Shown piece by piece: positions 50,270 through 63,402 of a stretch of DNA of 64,000 nucleotides. This stretch comes from Antedon mediterranea. Lineage: Eukaryota > Animalia > Echinodermata. A program made the translations under genes and the position numbers. The notes below the pieces were generated by a model, which worked only from the letters and a program-made list of their open reading frames with translations, was not told where the DNA came from and did no database searches. Positions within the stretch are counted from its first letter, which is position 1. Each line of letters begins with the position of its first letter. The stretch covers positions 19,716,001 to 19,780,000 of the forward strand of contig NC_092671.1 in the NCBI RefSeq assembly GCF_964355755.1, given 5' to 3'.

Positions 50270-53200
50270 AAATACTGTAGACCACGTTTATAAATCATGT
50301 GACCACATTTTGTATTTTGTTATTAAATGGTGATATTGAGCCCAATCCTGGACCATCATCTATTGCCAACATTTTCGCAGTCTGAAAAACAAGCTAGATG
50401 TGTACAGCTCGGAGCTCATATCACAATTAATTCAGAAGAATCTGGATATCGTAGCACTGACAGAGATCTGGTTGAATAGTCATGTTTTTGACGCTGAGTT
50501 ATCAATTGCGAATTACACACTATTCCGTGACAGAGATCTTGGGAATCGTGGTGGCGCAATTCACCAGCCTGTTTGGTTAATAACAAACTCAAACGTCATC
50601 GAGTTGATCGGTTGGTTTAATGGTTTTAAATTTATATAGCGCAAAATACAAATAGTCTCTATGTGCTGTTTAGCACAAGTGTGAAAATAAAAATGTTGAT
50701 GTAAAATAAACCACGAAATAGCCTAAGAAAACCGAATAAATTGACCGAGACAAGAGAAAAAAAGTCCGAAAACGGAATCACACATCACCACACTGTTTCA
50801 CTAACTTGTCAAGACAAGCTACTATTTATTCACAAGTGTCATAGTGATGTGAGCATCTGACTGTCCTGCCTAAAAAACAATAAAATGAATAAAATGTATA
50901 TGAAAAAATAATGAATTTACACATTTAAACGAAACAAGTGAGTCTTCAAGTGACCATTGAAGATCGAAATGGACGGAGACTCACGAATCACCAAAGGCAG
51001 AGAGTTTCACAATTTGGGAGCAGCGACCACGAAAGATCGATCCCCACATGACTTCAATCTACACCGTGGATAGTCAAGAATGGTTATGTCAGACGTTGAC
51101 CGGAGGGAACGAGTACAGGTCGCCGAGCGAAACTTGATTAACTCTGAAATATACGATGGGGACACATGATGAATGGATTTGAAAACAAATAAAAGAACCT
51201 TGAAAACAATACGATTTTCAACAGGGAGCCGATGGAGACGACGGAAAAAAGGGGTGATATGTTAAAATTTAGGTTTCCGAGTGACGAGACGGGCAGCAGT
51301 ATTCACTAGTAGTTGAAGTCTTCTAATAGATGTTTGAGGCAATCCATAAAGAACTGCATTACAATAGTACAATCTGGATGTTACTAGGGCATGCACTAGC
51401 TTTAATGTAGCATCCACGTTTAAGAAACGTCTAACTACCCTGATGTTCGGGAGTTGAAAAGAGACTGCTCGGCTAATACTGGTGACATGCCTATTCATGA
51501 ATAAAGCAGAGTCAAATGTTACGCCGACATTACGTACCTCAGACGATGGAATGATATAGGCGTCTCCTACACGAATGGTTTCAATTATGGGCATGTTTGC
51601 ATGACGTTTATGTAAATGACTTCAGTCTTATCCGTGTTACAGCGAAGCATGTTGGAAGACAGCCACGAATGTACATCATCAATACATGCTTCTAGGATGC
51701 GGATTAAGTCAGTGGTATTCTCTGGATTGAAAGAAGTATACAGTTGAGTATCATCAGCGTAAATGTGATACTTGATTGCATGTTTGTGAATGATATCACC
51801 GAGAGGGTGCATGTAAATTAAGAACAAAATTGGCCCCACTTTGAGGGACACCAAAATCTATAGAAACAGGATCGGAGATAGCTGATTCCAATCTAACAGA
51901 CTGTTTTCTCGATGTTATGTAAGAGTTGAACCATGCCAACACTGTACCAGAAAGACCTAAGTCTGAAAGTCGACTTATGAGGATACAATGTTCAATAGTA
52001 TCGAAGGCCGCGGACAAGTCCAGGTATACAGACACTGTACAGTGTTCCTTGTCGAGGGCCTGCAAAATATTGTTATTTACTTTCAGTAGCCTACAGCAGA
52101 TTCCGTGCTGGTGTGCCTTTCTATAGGCTGACTGGTAAGGATCGAATAAATTATTTAGATTTAAAAATTTAACTAAAATTGAACAAACTACCTTCTCGAT
52201 AACTTTAGATACAAAGGCAATGTTAGTGACAGGCCGGTAATTAGCAAAAGTTGGAGAAGGAGCCATCCAAATTTATGTGAATAGAGGTTGCACGCCGTAA
52301 AAGCCTACTGATTGTTTAACCGTCCATCTATTGAAGTGAGTCCTTCGTTGTTTCACTGCCTCCGCAGAATCTGCCATCTTACTCTATAAAAAAGGTTAAA
52401 GGTTTTTATTTTAGGCGGGTTTAACCTGCCTGAAGTCCAATTGAGATCATCCTTCAGCGCCTTCTAATTATATGGGTGAACATTTAATTGACGTTCTCTT
52501 GGACAGTTATGGCCTTTTACAGTGTAACACGTTTAGATAAGATTTTAGATTTGGTTATTGCTGCTATCAAGGACGTTGTTCCTAAAGTTAGAAAGAGAAG
52601 AGAAGAAACTACCTATGTATTTTTTATAAATAGATACTAAAGTATTGTATGAGAAAGAAAGGTGCTTCAACAAAAATCTACAAATAAAAGTAATTTTAGT
52701 TTTGCTCGACGCTCATTTAAGAACCATTATAAAAGAAAATATAATAAATCCCTTGTAGAACAAATCGGTTCGAATAAAAGGAGTTGGTTAAAATGTAAAC
52801 GCAATGATTATCCTTCAGTTATGTCACGGTGAAATATTTCTGTTGAATCTGACTCTGACAAAGCATCTTTATTTAATGGTGTTTTTTTTCATTCCTTTTT
52901 TAATGATCACTCTGTCCTTTATTTAGTTGATAATATGTCAAAATTATTAGTAGATCGGCATTCTGTAGAATAAGCACTTGGGTAATGTTAATATTTATAA
53001 AGCCATTGGATGATCAAATTAGTAATACTGTTCTTAGAGCAGCCGCATCTCCACTTTAATATCCTCTTTCCAAAATTGTCCAGCGGTCGATCAACTCTGT
53101 CATGGAAATTTGCCAATTTCTTACAAATCCACAAAAATGGCTCAAAAAAGGTAATAGTGTCTCTGTTGCCTACTTTATCGAAATTGTTTGAACGAATTGT

Positions 53201-54400
53201 TCCCGATGCGGTTTTTAAACATTTAAGTTCAGTTATTACTTCGGTTCAGCATGATTAATCCTTGGAAGATCGTGTCAGACCAACCTCGCATTGCTTTTTT
53301 CTACAGCATACAATGCTTTGAATAGCAAGAGGCAATGTGATGTCGTCTACGCTGATTTTTCTAGAGCATTTGCATTTGACTCGGACCCTCATTATTTACT
53401 TGTATTTAAGATTTCAAAGTTTGGTTTAAAAGGCAATCTTCTTAAACAGTGTTCAGATTATTTGACTGATAGAAAGCAGAGGATAGTCATCAGTGGAAAC
53501 TGTTCTGAGTGGCTTCCTGTACTTTCTGGGGTTCCGCAGGGTCAATCATTGGCCCCTTGCTTTTTCATTTGTATATTAAATAATTACCTTCCTTCTGTTT
53601 TTAAGTTTTCACCATCACTTATGTTTGCTGATGACCATAAGTTGTTTACAGTAATCTCTTCAACTGACGACGCTCTTCTACTGCAAGAGGATCTGAATTA
53701 TCTGGTGGGATGGGCTGAGACATTGAAACTTTCTTTAAAAATAAGAAAATGTAAATCTTTGTGTATCACCCTGAAGACAAAGACTATTGTAACCAAATAT
53801 AAGTTGAATGATCAGGAATAAGATTGTATTAATTTTCAAAGGGATTTAGGAGTTTTGATTGATAGTAAGTTAAATTTTTGTTTGCATGTTAATTATGTTG
53901 TATCTAAGGAAAATAGAATGCTTGGTTTGTTGTGGAGGAACTTGAGATTTATGAGCAATGGTGGAGCATTAACATCACTGTACCCGTTCAGTCGTGCGCC
54001 CCCACCTAGAATACTGTTAAGTCATTTATAATTCAATTTCTTGTACACAATCTCAGCGTATTTCTAAAGTTCAGAACATATTTATTAGATTCCTTACTCC
54101 TAATTATAATGTTTCTCTTATTTCTTAAAATAGTAGATTTGTTTTTGATATGGTATTTTTATACAACTCTTTCAATTCTGTTTATGATTGTCCTCTTGTT
54201 GCTCTCTTTAAGTTATATATACCAACTCGTACTCGCAGCTTCACGTTCTTTGTGGTCGTGTTGAATGCACAAAACGAGGTATTTTTCAGCGGTTACCTAA
54301 CACATTTAATAGTGTGCTTGTTACTTGTAGTAACAACTTTCTTTTAAATATTTGTTTGATAATAACTTGTATTTTTCCACATACAATAGCAAGCAATTAC
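50270..54400 (+). mobile_element. Degenerate CR1-group LINE (2A motif, APE endonuclease, RT), interrupted by an inverted L2-like element
   Basis: 'LLLNGDIEPNPGP', 'RSLKNK', 'IVALTEIWL', 'DR...RGG|AI.IYV', 'GGFNLP', 'SLLPTLSKLFERIV', 'YADFSRAF', 'SGVPQG', 'MFADDHKL', 'QRDLGVLIDSKL'. Confidence 0.9.
50810..52266 (-). mobile_element. 5'-truncated L2-clade LINE
   Basis: 'NYRPVTNIAFVSKVIEKVV', 'LDLSAAFDTIEH', 'YHIYADDTQLY', 'LVHALVTSRLYYCNAVLYGLP', 'LHRLPVENRIVFKVL', 'SWGDRSFVVAAPKL'. Confidence 0.93.
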
Positions 54401-55671
54401 TTTATATTCAACAAACATGTGACAAACAAACAAATTGGTGATTCAACAATTGATATCTTATGTAGAAAAGAGTTAGTATGAATAATACGGTGAATAAATC
54501 TAAATTGAAAGTTTTGAGGTTTTAATTGATTGTTCATTTATGCAATAGTGTGAATATCATGTTCCATTGCAATAGTGTATTTATCAATTTCTAGACTCGA
54601 TTCTATAGGCACTGATGTATATTTTTTTAACAAAGTGTTTACAACTTCTTTCAATTTGCATCAAAGTATTTATCTAAGGAATTTTCAATTATTAAATTTG
54701 ATTGGTTAAAGTTCACGCAATACATTGTTTACTTTGCCCATAGAGAAATAATGTTTTCACATTGCTTTGCCTAAGCATTGAAGTTATAAAATGGTAAAAT
54801 TGCAAGATTCACAAATAAAAACTGACAGATTATATATATTTAACTGTTAGTTATTCGACCATACACTAAATAAGCACACCGCTCTCTACGTCACCTACCT
54901 ACCGGTCGAATGATATAATTTGCATAATTCATATAGACTTTTTAGAAATAAAGAATACTCTTTTAAAACCTTTTAAAAGAATAAATAATAGGATTACGAA
55001 CCAATTACTAAAAGAGTCTATCTAGATCAAAGTATAATAGGGTAGGGAAATCCAGTTAATAGGGGGTGGGGGAGATATTCTCGTTGTGCATCTTCATTTT
55101 CACGTCCGCCGAATAGTATCCCGATATAAGGTTTAACCTGTTAATTTCACTTGATTCTGGTAGGTTATTAGTGTCAACATTTACCAAAAAGGGTGAGCTC
55201 GGATGAGGGGTGGGGAACGGTCAGCCTTTTAGGGGTCAATGGTCAGTGACCTAAAATGACTTGTTATGTGATACAATTGAATTTCACCAGCATTACAAAT
55301 TTAACAGGTAATCATTACACCTTGGTTATTACGAGTGTGTCAGCAGTTCTACTGTTTAAATCACATTTGTATTCATTTATCTTTTAAAATAAGTGATTAG
55401 TGATATCACATTTTAATGTATCACCTTTTAACATAAACATGGTATTGATTCATAAAAAAATATACGATTTTCAGAAATTAATAGGTGGTTGTTAACCACA
55501 CGAGAGAATACAAATGTGAAAATGTTGTTACAAACAGTAACAGAACCCACAGCAGTTGGTAAGTTGCAAGGGACAAAGTTCCAACAGGGATATGAACGTG
55601 TTGGCCGTACATTATACAGAGTTTGAGTGTACGTAAGTTATGTAAGGTTAGTTTAAAAGAAATGTATTTTA

Positions 55672-55832
55672 AGCTCTGTCTACACTATCAAAGTTTACGT
55701 GACAAAACAATGTGATGTGCCCATATATGGACACGATGATGTCATATCACTACCATATTTGAGCATATCACTACCATTTGAGCACATTCACTTTTGTTTG
55801 TCAAACTAGTTTGATTGTGTAGACAGAGATTT
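55672..55832. mobile_element. Short Harbinger-like MITE; siblings at about 16524-16620 and 46054-46163
   Basis: TIR agctctgtctacactatcaaa / tttgattgtgtagacagag and the shared core 'tgtgatgtgcccatat..ggac'. Confidence 0.8.
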
Positions 55833-56170
55833 ATAATTATGTTCAATACGTTACCGGATAAAAGACTATTCAGTTAATATTAAATTCTTTATTTGTAGAT
55901 AACATCAAATGAAATGTGAATTAAGCACTATTAGAATGGGATATCAAAACAGGTAAGGTTGTAAATCTCATTTAAAAGCGACAATTTCCTTGCACCTTTG
56001 CCCTAGTGTCCTATGTTACGTGCTCAATAAGGAAGTGGATTATTAATTATACCATAGTTCACAACTTCTAGGCGACGATTGAAACAAAGCAACAACACTA
56101 TTTATTATTCATTGATGGTATATATTTTCTGCAAGAACAAATTGCGTCAGTATAAAAACGCAGAGCAGGT

Positions 56171-59100
56171 ATGCATGTTTTAGGACAATTTTCTATAATA
56201 GTTTGGTTATTAATCGTTTGTAACGGAGAGGTATTAAATGAGAGACTATTGGTGGCAGATATTTACGAACAGCTAAGAAACCTTACAAATGATACTGTTA
56301 GGGAGCTCTGTAGGTAAGTAGCCTATAAACAGTATTTTCTACGTAGAACTTATTGGTTTTCGCACTTAATACGATTTTATTAAATGCTATGATTGATCAT
56401 AAATTGAAAACCAAAAAAAAAAATGTTTAATAAAACTTAACAAAAGTACACATTTTATCAAGGTTCATCTTCCTATATTACAAATGACATGTTGCACAAT
56501 AAATTACGCGCGCACGCGCACTCTAAAGTTAAAAATGCGAAAAATCAATTTCTAATCAACTTTCTGCACGCTTCTGGTTATTTTGAGCATTTCAAAATTC
56601 TGCGCACATTTTTTATCGCGCATTACACGTAAGTAACGTAGAAAGACCGTTTTTTACCTTGATTTCTGTTCTTCATACCTTTTGTGTTCAATTCTATTCA
56701 TTTCCATGAACTTCAAATGTATAATAGGCGCGCCTAACGAATTTAAAAACCGTTCGCTTGGAATTTATTGCGAATTTGTATCAAAATATAATGCCTGTTT
56801 TGGATCTATCAGCTCCTCGGGATGGAAGGTGGCCCCCAATGTTTGTAATTAATTATTTAACCTGATGAGTTGTAGATACAGTATTAATTCATTACAACAG
56901 CTTGGTCAATCGGATGTTATAACCGGGGTTATAACGTCATCATAACCACCGGAATTAACCAATATGATTTTTCTCTGTTTCTTCATAGATCACCACATTC
57001 AACAGAGCGCATCGCACTCATCATCTATCCCCTATTTTATTCCAAAATGTTTGATAATTATGTTTGTTAATCAATTATCTATTGTATGTGTTACTGTCAT
57101 TTATTTTAACGTTGTCATCATTGAATTTCAACTATAAAATATTACACAAATAATGAATGTTAAGAGTGACATGGGGTGAAATATAACCTTTGTACCATTA
57201 CACGAATAAAAAACATTCATTATTTGTTTTATATATAACATCTAAATTGATTCCAGTCATTTGAATCACATTGAATAAAAGATAGGCCTAGGCCTACATT
57301 TAATTCACATTGAAACAGTAACATTTATTTGTTTTTTTAGAAAATAATATATTATATACCTTGAAAATCTAGTAAGTGTGTAAAATGTGTTGTTTTTTAA
57401 AATAATAAATATCTAAAAAGGATTATACAAAGGATATTTATTCCTACAAAATCTTGTCCAAATTGAGGTATAAATAAATTACTACTAACAAAAATTATTT
57501 CTTTCAGACATGACGCTACTTCATTAATTGGTTGGTCTTTATATAATACATGTAAACAAGAGTGTTCAAGACGGAACTTGGACTGTAGGCAATGTAAGTA
57601 AAGGTCAACGTAAACAGGATGTCAGAGATGATAAAACATCATAGGCATAGCCTAATTGTGTTGATAACAATAAGGACAACATAGTAAATTAGTAGTAATT
57701 TTTCAATTTGTTTATAGAACTATATTCTGACTCTTGTCTAAGAACTTTTTGAATTATACTAATGTCACCTTTCCATCCCCATTAACATAGTTATATATTC
57801 TTTAGTATGTCCGTGTCGTAATGGTGCTAGATGTAAGCCAATGTTGGAAGTATGTGAATGTGCACCTGGTTGGTGGGGAAACTTCTGTCAATATCCATGC
57901 GAGGAAGGTTTCTTCGGCAACGAGTGTAACCAACGCTGTCGATGCAATTCAAACGAAAATTGTGATCACGTCACTGGAAAATGCGAAAAAGGGTAATGAA
58001 CATACACCAAATGTTGGTATAGTTGATCATAGGAATGTGTACTAATTGAGAGTTATAGATATGATGAAGTTGAAATAGTTTGTATTCATATGAAGTTATT
58101 GATTACTGTAAAGGTTTTCTCATGATCATTTTATAATAGCACTAACGCGAATGCCATCATGGTTTTCGGAAAATTCACTCTCGGGCTCCGGAAGTGAATT
58201 CAAATAATAACCATCTGTACTTACAATATATAATTGAATCACGCAATGTTAATTGATAGCATAAACATAGTAACACCCACATGTTTTGGATGACGTAGGC
58301 TGTAGGCTGTACAGAGTACAGTTCCAATTTAATAGATATCGCCTTCTGGTATTTGAGACTGTTTTCCACAAGTGAAAATATTCTTATTCTTTCCTACTTT
58401 TAATCAAAAACATCACAATAATAATTGATAACTAGAATTTAATTCGACACTTTGACGAATTATAGGTGATCATTTTATCATTTTAATAAAATTAACATTT
58501 TTTAAACATGCATGTACGTTAACATACGATCGTTAAAAGTTGATGTACGCCATCCTACGACATGATGCATACGCTTATAGTGCTGAGTTCTACCTATTTG
58601 TGTCATACAATATGTACAGTTACTGTATATCCATATACAGTGTAGCATAGGTGAAATTACGGGACACACATCATGTTCTAATTTTTTGGTATGATGGAAT
58701 TATCAAAATAAACTCAAATATGACAATTTTGAAAGATAATGAATTGAGCAAATAAATATAAGGATTGGAAGAAAATTTGAAATTTGTATAACTTTGACTA
58801 AAGAAATTTAAAAACTACTTTTTAACTTCAACTGGCCATTATGATAACATCACAACATCCGATAGGCTTAATTTTAATATGAATTCATATCTACATTTCA
58901 TCAGCTTTCATAATAAGTTATAATATTCAAGGTCACCTTTAATTCTGAAGAGCTATAAGATATTCAAATGTATGGTGTAGCTGAAATTACATGACCTAGG
59001 TTATTCAAGTTTTTACGCGTGATGACGTCATCAAAATAAAAATGTTGACAACTCATTAGAAGAATAATTAATTGAGCAAGCACATACTAAAAGTTGTGCG

Positions 59101-62100
59101 AAAATCGGGCTCAAATAACGGAGATGCGCTCTATTGAATGTGATAACCCACACAAAAAGATAAAAATTCCTAATTTTTAAATTCAAGTGGCCATTTGATG
59201 ACGTCATACCATTTTGTACGTCTAATGTGTATATACATTTGTATCTACAACTTATTGGCTTCCATAATAAGTTAAAAAAATTGGGGGTCATCTGCCATTC
59301 TGAAGAGTTATATTCATTTTAAAAAGTCCTTATTTTTTACCATTTTTAGCACTTTTGTACAATTAGTGTGCGCATTTTGTCATTTTTAACGTGCTCGTAT
59401 AGCGTTATTTTAAGTCGGAATGGACTCAAAATTGGTGAATGTACTAAGGATTGTGAGTAGAATGTGATTTATACATCAAATTTTATTTTTTACGCATTTT
59501 AAGAATCGTGCGTACAAAAACGCATTTTTGCGCAGTAATTTTTTGAAACGCGCAAATGGCCTAATTCATGCTCTAAATTGATCAAAACCTAATTTTGCGC
59601 GTTTTAAATTTTTAACGCATGATTTCATGTGCATGACCTTGAAACGCGCAACTTTTTATTTGCTAATATTTTTACCCTTGACCTGAAGTTTACCTGTAGT
59701 GAATTTCATTAATATGTCATAATGAATTATGGAGATATGATTGATAATGTGATTTCACAAAATGGCGTATAATTGACGTCACGGATGAGTGATCACGCTG
59801 GAAAGCTAATTAGGATTAAGTTATATTATTTGAAAATAAACAAAATAGTGTACAGAAACAATAAAAAGAAAAAAAAAATAATAATAAAGATTTCATACAA
59901 TAACAATAGGTGGTCATTTTATTCTAAATGATCACCTAATGATAAGGCTAATTTGGATTAATTTTTACTGTTATACTCTAGATATGGAAACACAATCAAC
60001 TGTCGGCAAAATCCATATAATTCTTTGTGTCGTGGAAGATGTGAATGTCCAAGCGGTCTAGTGTGTTCAGATGACGGTTCATGCAAATGTCCACTACCGT
60101 GTGCCAAGGAGCCGTCATGTAAGTATGGTGATGTTTTGATACAATTATCACAATAGATGGAGTCTTCAGTGATTTATAATACTTTTTTTTTTAACATTGC
60201 AATTTGTGCGAGATATTTTTAGGCCATATACATTATGCTTGGTTTATAAACCAACATTTCAGAAACGCATTTTATTTTATAGGCGGTATTCATGTTTTCA
60301 TTTATTTATTTATTTTTTATTTCATACGTATCCAACAGCGGGTAATTCGACAATTACAGGATGGATAAGCTATTTTATAATTTATCATGCTTACACACTC
60401 ACGGCGTTAAGGTAGCGTTATCTACGAAAGGCGTACGGTAATCCGTGGCGTTAAAAGCCAAAATGTTCAGACACAACGATCAACATTCTAATGCCTTGCG
60501 TTTAAAACACTCTGATTAGGTCAAACAGATAGAACTATATGCAATTCTTGCCATTTATATAACGCAACTATTAAAAGATAGATTGAATATGTCATTTGTA
60601 TGTAATCTGTATATCTGTATATAATACTGCTAATATATATATATTTTTTTTATATATTTTATATGTTACGATATATTTTTTATATTTTTGTCTTTTTGAT
60701 GTTTATTCGTATTTTTATAAGATCTTGTATTTTTGTATTCATGACTTTTATATATTTTTAATTAATTGTTTGAGAGCTTGTTAACGAAATGAATTTCCTT
60801 TTGGACCAATGAATTTCTGTATTCTGTATTATGTATTCATTCATGACAATGCATGGAAGTTTACATCGTAAAATTGTTTTTTTTTGTTATTTTTATTTAT
60901 ATAATGTTACATTTAAATATACTGATTTGTTCTTACTACTTGTAGAATTGCATTTTTATATTCAAAGTAATTTAAAAGGAATTTATTTATTTTATAAAAG
61001 TATCATATCACTGACGCCAACTTTACTGTTCTTTAAAATTGAAAACCAGAAAATACATTTGAAATAGCTATTTCGCTGTCGTATCTAGGGTACAAGTATG
61101 TAGTTGCTGTCTGCTAATCGTGGTCGTGTCTTTTCATTGGTTAAGGTTAAAATCACTGATGCATGACTGGATTAGCGTAAGGGTTATTAACGCCACTGGT
61201 GCGGCGTAACAGCTCCCTAACGCTAATCCGCGGCTCGGTCCAAACACAAAAATATGTACGCCACTTACATAACTCCACCGTAACGCCATGAGTCTGAACA
61301 TACCTCAGAAGTCTCATTTGAGGCTTAGGGAGTGGAGTTGCAAGAGTCGTAAGTTAAAACCCTGGTACTAGGTCAGGATTAAACCATGGACATTAGGATT
61401 GAAAGCATGTTAACCACCAAGCTGCAGCTCCACTAAGCTCCACATTTAAACCAATAATATACAGAAATGTATATTCTTTATTCAGTTGTATTGTATACTA
61501 TTTTTATATCTTCAGTTTCTTGTACCGATTGTCACATAAATGGGAACATCTGTGTTGCCTCTGGTACATGGAATGGAAACATATGTAGCCAGTGCAGTGA
61601 TGTTCAGAATGCAACTTGTCTACTAACATGTGACGAGGGTTGGGAGGGGTTACTTTGTCGTGCTTGTCAGTCCGGACGATATGGACGTAGTTGTCAACAG
61701 AGGTGTAAGTGCGGTGAAAGAGCAGTATGTGAACCAATAACTGGGCAATGCATATGCGAAGAAGGGTATGAGCGATTGTTATATATTATTCTGAAGATTT
61801 CTGCGACGTCTCATGCATAAATGCTCCACTCTGACATAATTAAAATTACTTTGCAAATTGTTTTCGAGTGGCAGGTATCCAAGGATAACTTTCGTTGACT
61901 AGGTTAACGTAAAATTACTATTTTCTGATAGGCTGTGTTCGGTCCGAATATAGTCAGTTTCTTCGAAGCAGTACCCTTCTAAAGTATCCACGGGGTTTGA
62001 TGTTAAACGTGCAAATGAAATTCTAAAAATGTGTAAATTATTTTAACAAATCAGTTTAATCAACATTAAGAAAATGTGTAATTTTAAAATGCGCAAGTAA

Positions 62101-63289
62101 ATCTTTTTTAGCTCAATCTCAATTTTAATAACTTGTTAATATTTTACTTTTATTTTTACAAATGTATGCGTAACAGATTTATATGAGCTTTGGTTTTAAA
62201 ACTAATGAAAATACATTGCACTGATATAATTAAGTAATTTTGATTCAAATTGCGCAAAGAAATCATCGCAATTTCAAATTGCATAAATTCGTCAAATCGA
62301 GCATGACACAAACACATTTTAAATATAATGTAGAAAGTCTAATGAACTGAGTTCATTATATTTTTTACATTTATTTAAAATAAGAAGACACTTCATTTTC
62401 AATGGTGTGGAAGTATACTGGCATCACAGCAAGCAGCTACCACGTGTCTTGCATCCTGGGACATCGTTGTGGTTTTTGTTTTGTAACAAAACAGATGATT
62501 TCATTTTTATGTTAGAAAAACATGTGGATACTTTAGAATTAGGTTATGACTTTAATTTTAACTAAACTGATTTTGGTTGAAGAAAATGATATGCACATTT
62601 GTAGAATTTATTTTGCACATTTATCGTCAAAACTGATAGTTTTTACATGTAACGGCGTAATGTTTGCACATTAGTGGATTATGAATTTCTACAGATTTGC
62701 ACATTTGAGGGTGCCATGTTTGCACAAATGTGGTTGTTTGCACATTTGAGTGCAAAATGTTTGCACAAATGTGACTTTTTTCACATTTCACGGCTTAATA
62801 ACCCTCCTCTAAAGTTTTCAGTAGATAGAGCATTATGGTGAGACGTCTTTGTTTCTTTGCATTTTTTTCATTATTTCTAAAAAATATATATTTGACAGCA
62901 TTCAATGTTTTATGTATGCTTAAATTCAATGAAAATGACAGTTTAAAATGTATTATTACGTGGTAGGTTTTATTAATATTCTGCATCAAACATTTTAAAT
63001 GATCAATACCTGACTTGAAACCTGTATTAATATTGTTAAATAATATGTTCGTTAACATTAACATATTTCAGATGTACTGAAAGATGCCGTAGTGGTTTTT
63101 ACGGTTCTAAGTGTGAATTAAGGTGTGACTGTCCATCAGGAGTGTCCTGTTCAGATGACATCGGCATATGTACTTGTCCAACTGCAAAGTATGGTCCAAT
63201 GTGCTTGCTCGATTGTACCTGTTCTGGGTTAGGTGAATGCGACATATTTTCCGGCGAATGTAAAAATTGTAAAGATTGCCAAAATGAAG
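56171..63289 (+). CDS. Multiple EGF-like-domain protein (MEGF10/11/Draper/SREC-like), 5' part; continues beyond the window
   Basis: Exons: 56171-56313 (signal MHVLGQFSIIVWLLIVCNG), 57508-57593, 57806-57992 (CPCRNGARC...CECAPGWWGNFC), 59982-60118, 61516-61765, 63072-63289. All are GT-AG and phases chain 2,1,2,1,2,1 with no stop. Repeated 8-Cys EGF units C..G.YG..C...C.C. Confidence 0.88.
56400..57140 (+). mobile_element. HINE-family fragment, opposite orientation
   Basis: Reverse-complement matches to the family motifs ('cacattcaacagagcgcatc', 'aaaaatcaatttctaatcaactttct'). Confidence 0.65.
58431..59940 (-). mobile_element. Complete Helentron-type non-autonomous element (about 1.5 kb)
   Basis: ACTAG end, hairpin aattcg-acactttga-cgaatt, subTIR ataggtgatcatttt (58462-58476) inverted to aaatgatcacctaat (59926-59940), plus an inner IR at 59906-59920. 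Confidence 0.85.
61315..61440 (-). mobile_element. tRNA-derived SINE head, degenerate
   Basis: 'gcagcttggtggttaacatgctttcaatcctaatgtccatggtttaatcctgacct' is similar to 12715-12790. Confidence 0.5.
61990..62800. mobile_element. DNA-transposon-like fragment with subterminal (tttgcaca(t/a)) repeats
   Basis: Clustered 'tttgcacattt' / 'tttgcacaaatgt' words at 62590-62790 and inverted versions near 62000-62100. Confidence 0.5.
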
Positions 63290-63402
63290 GTAAACGCATC
63301 TTATTCCATTTATTACATTTAGTCGCATTTTGCTCATGTCAATATGCCAAGCACATATGCCTAGCTCAAACGTTGATAAAATGCATATTAAACTGTTATT
63401 AA

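Noticed and set aside
60197-61067. Hydrophobic short ORFs (and similar F/I/L/Y-rich ORFs elsewhere)
   Set aside because: Compositional artefacts of AT-rich intron and TE-tail sequence.
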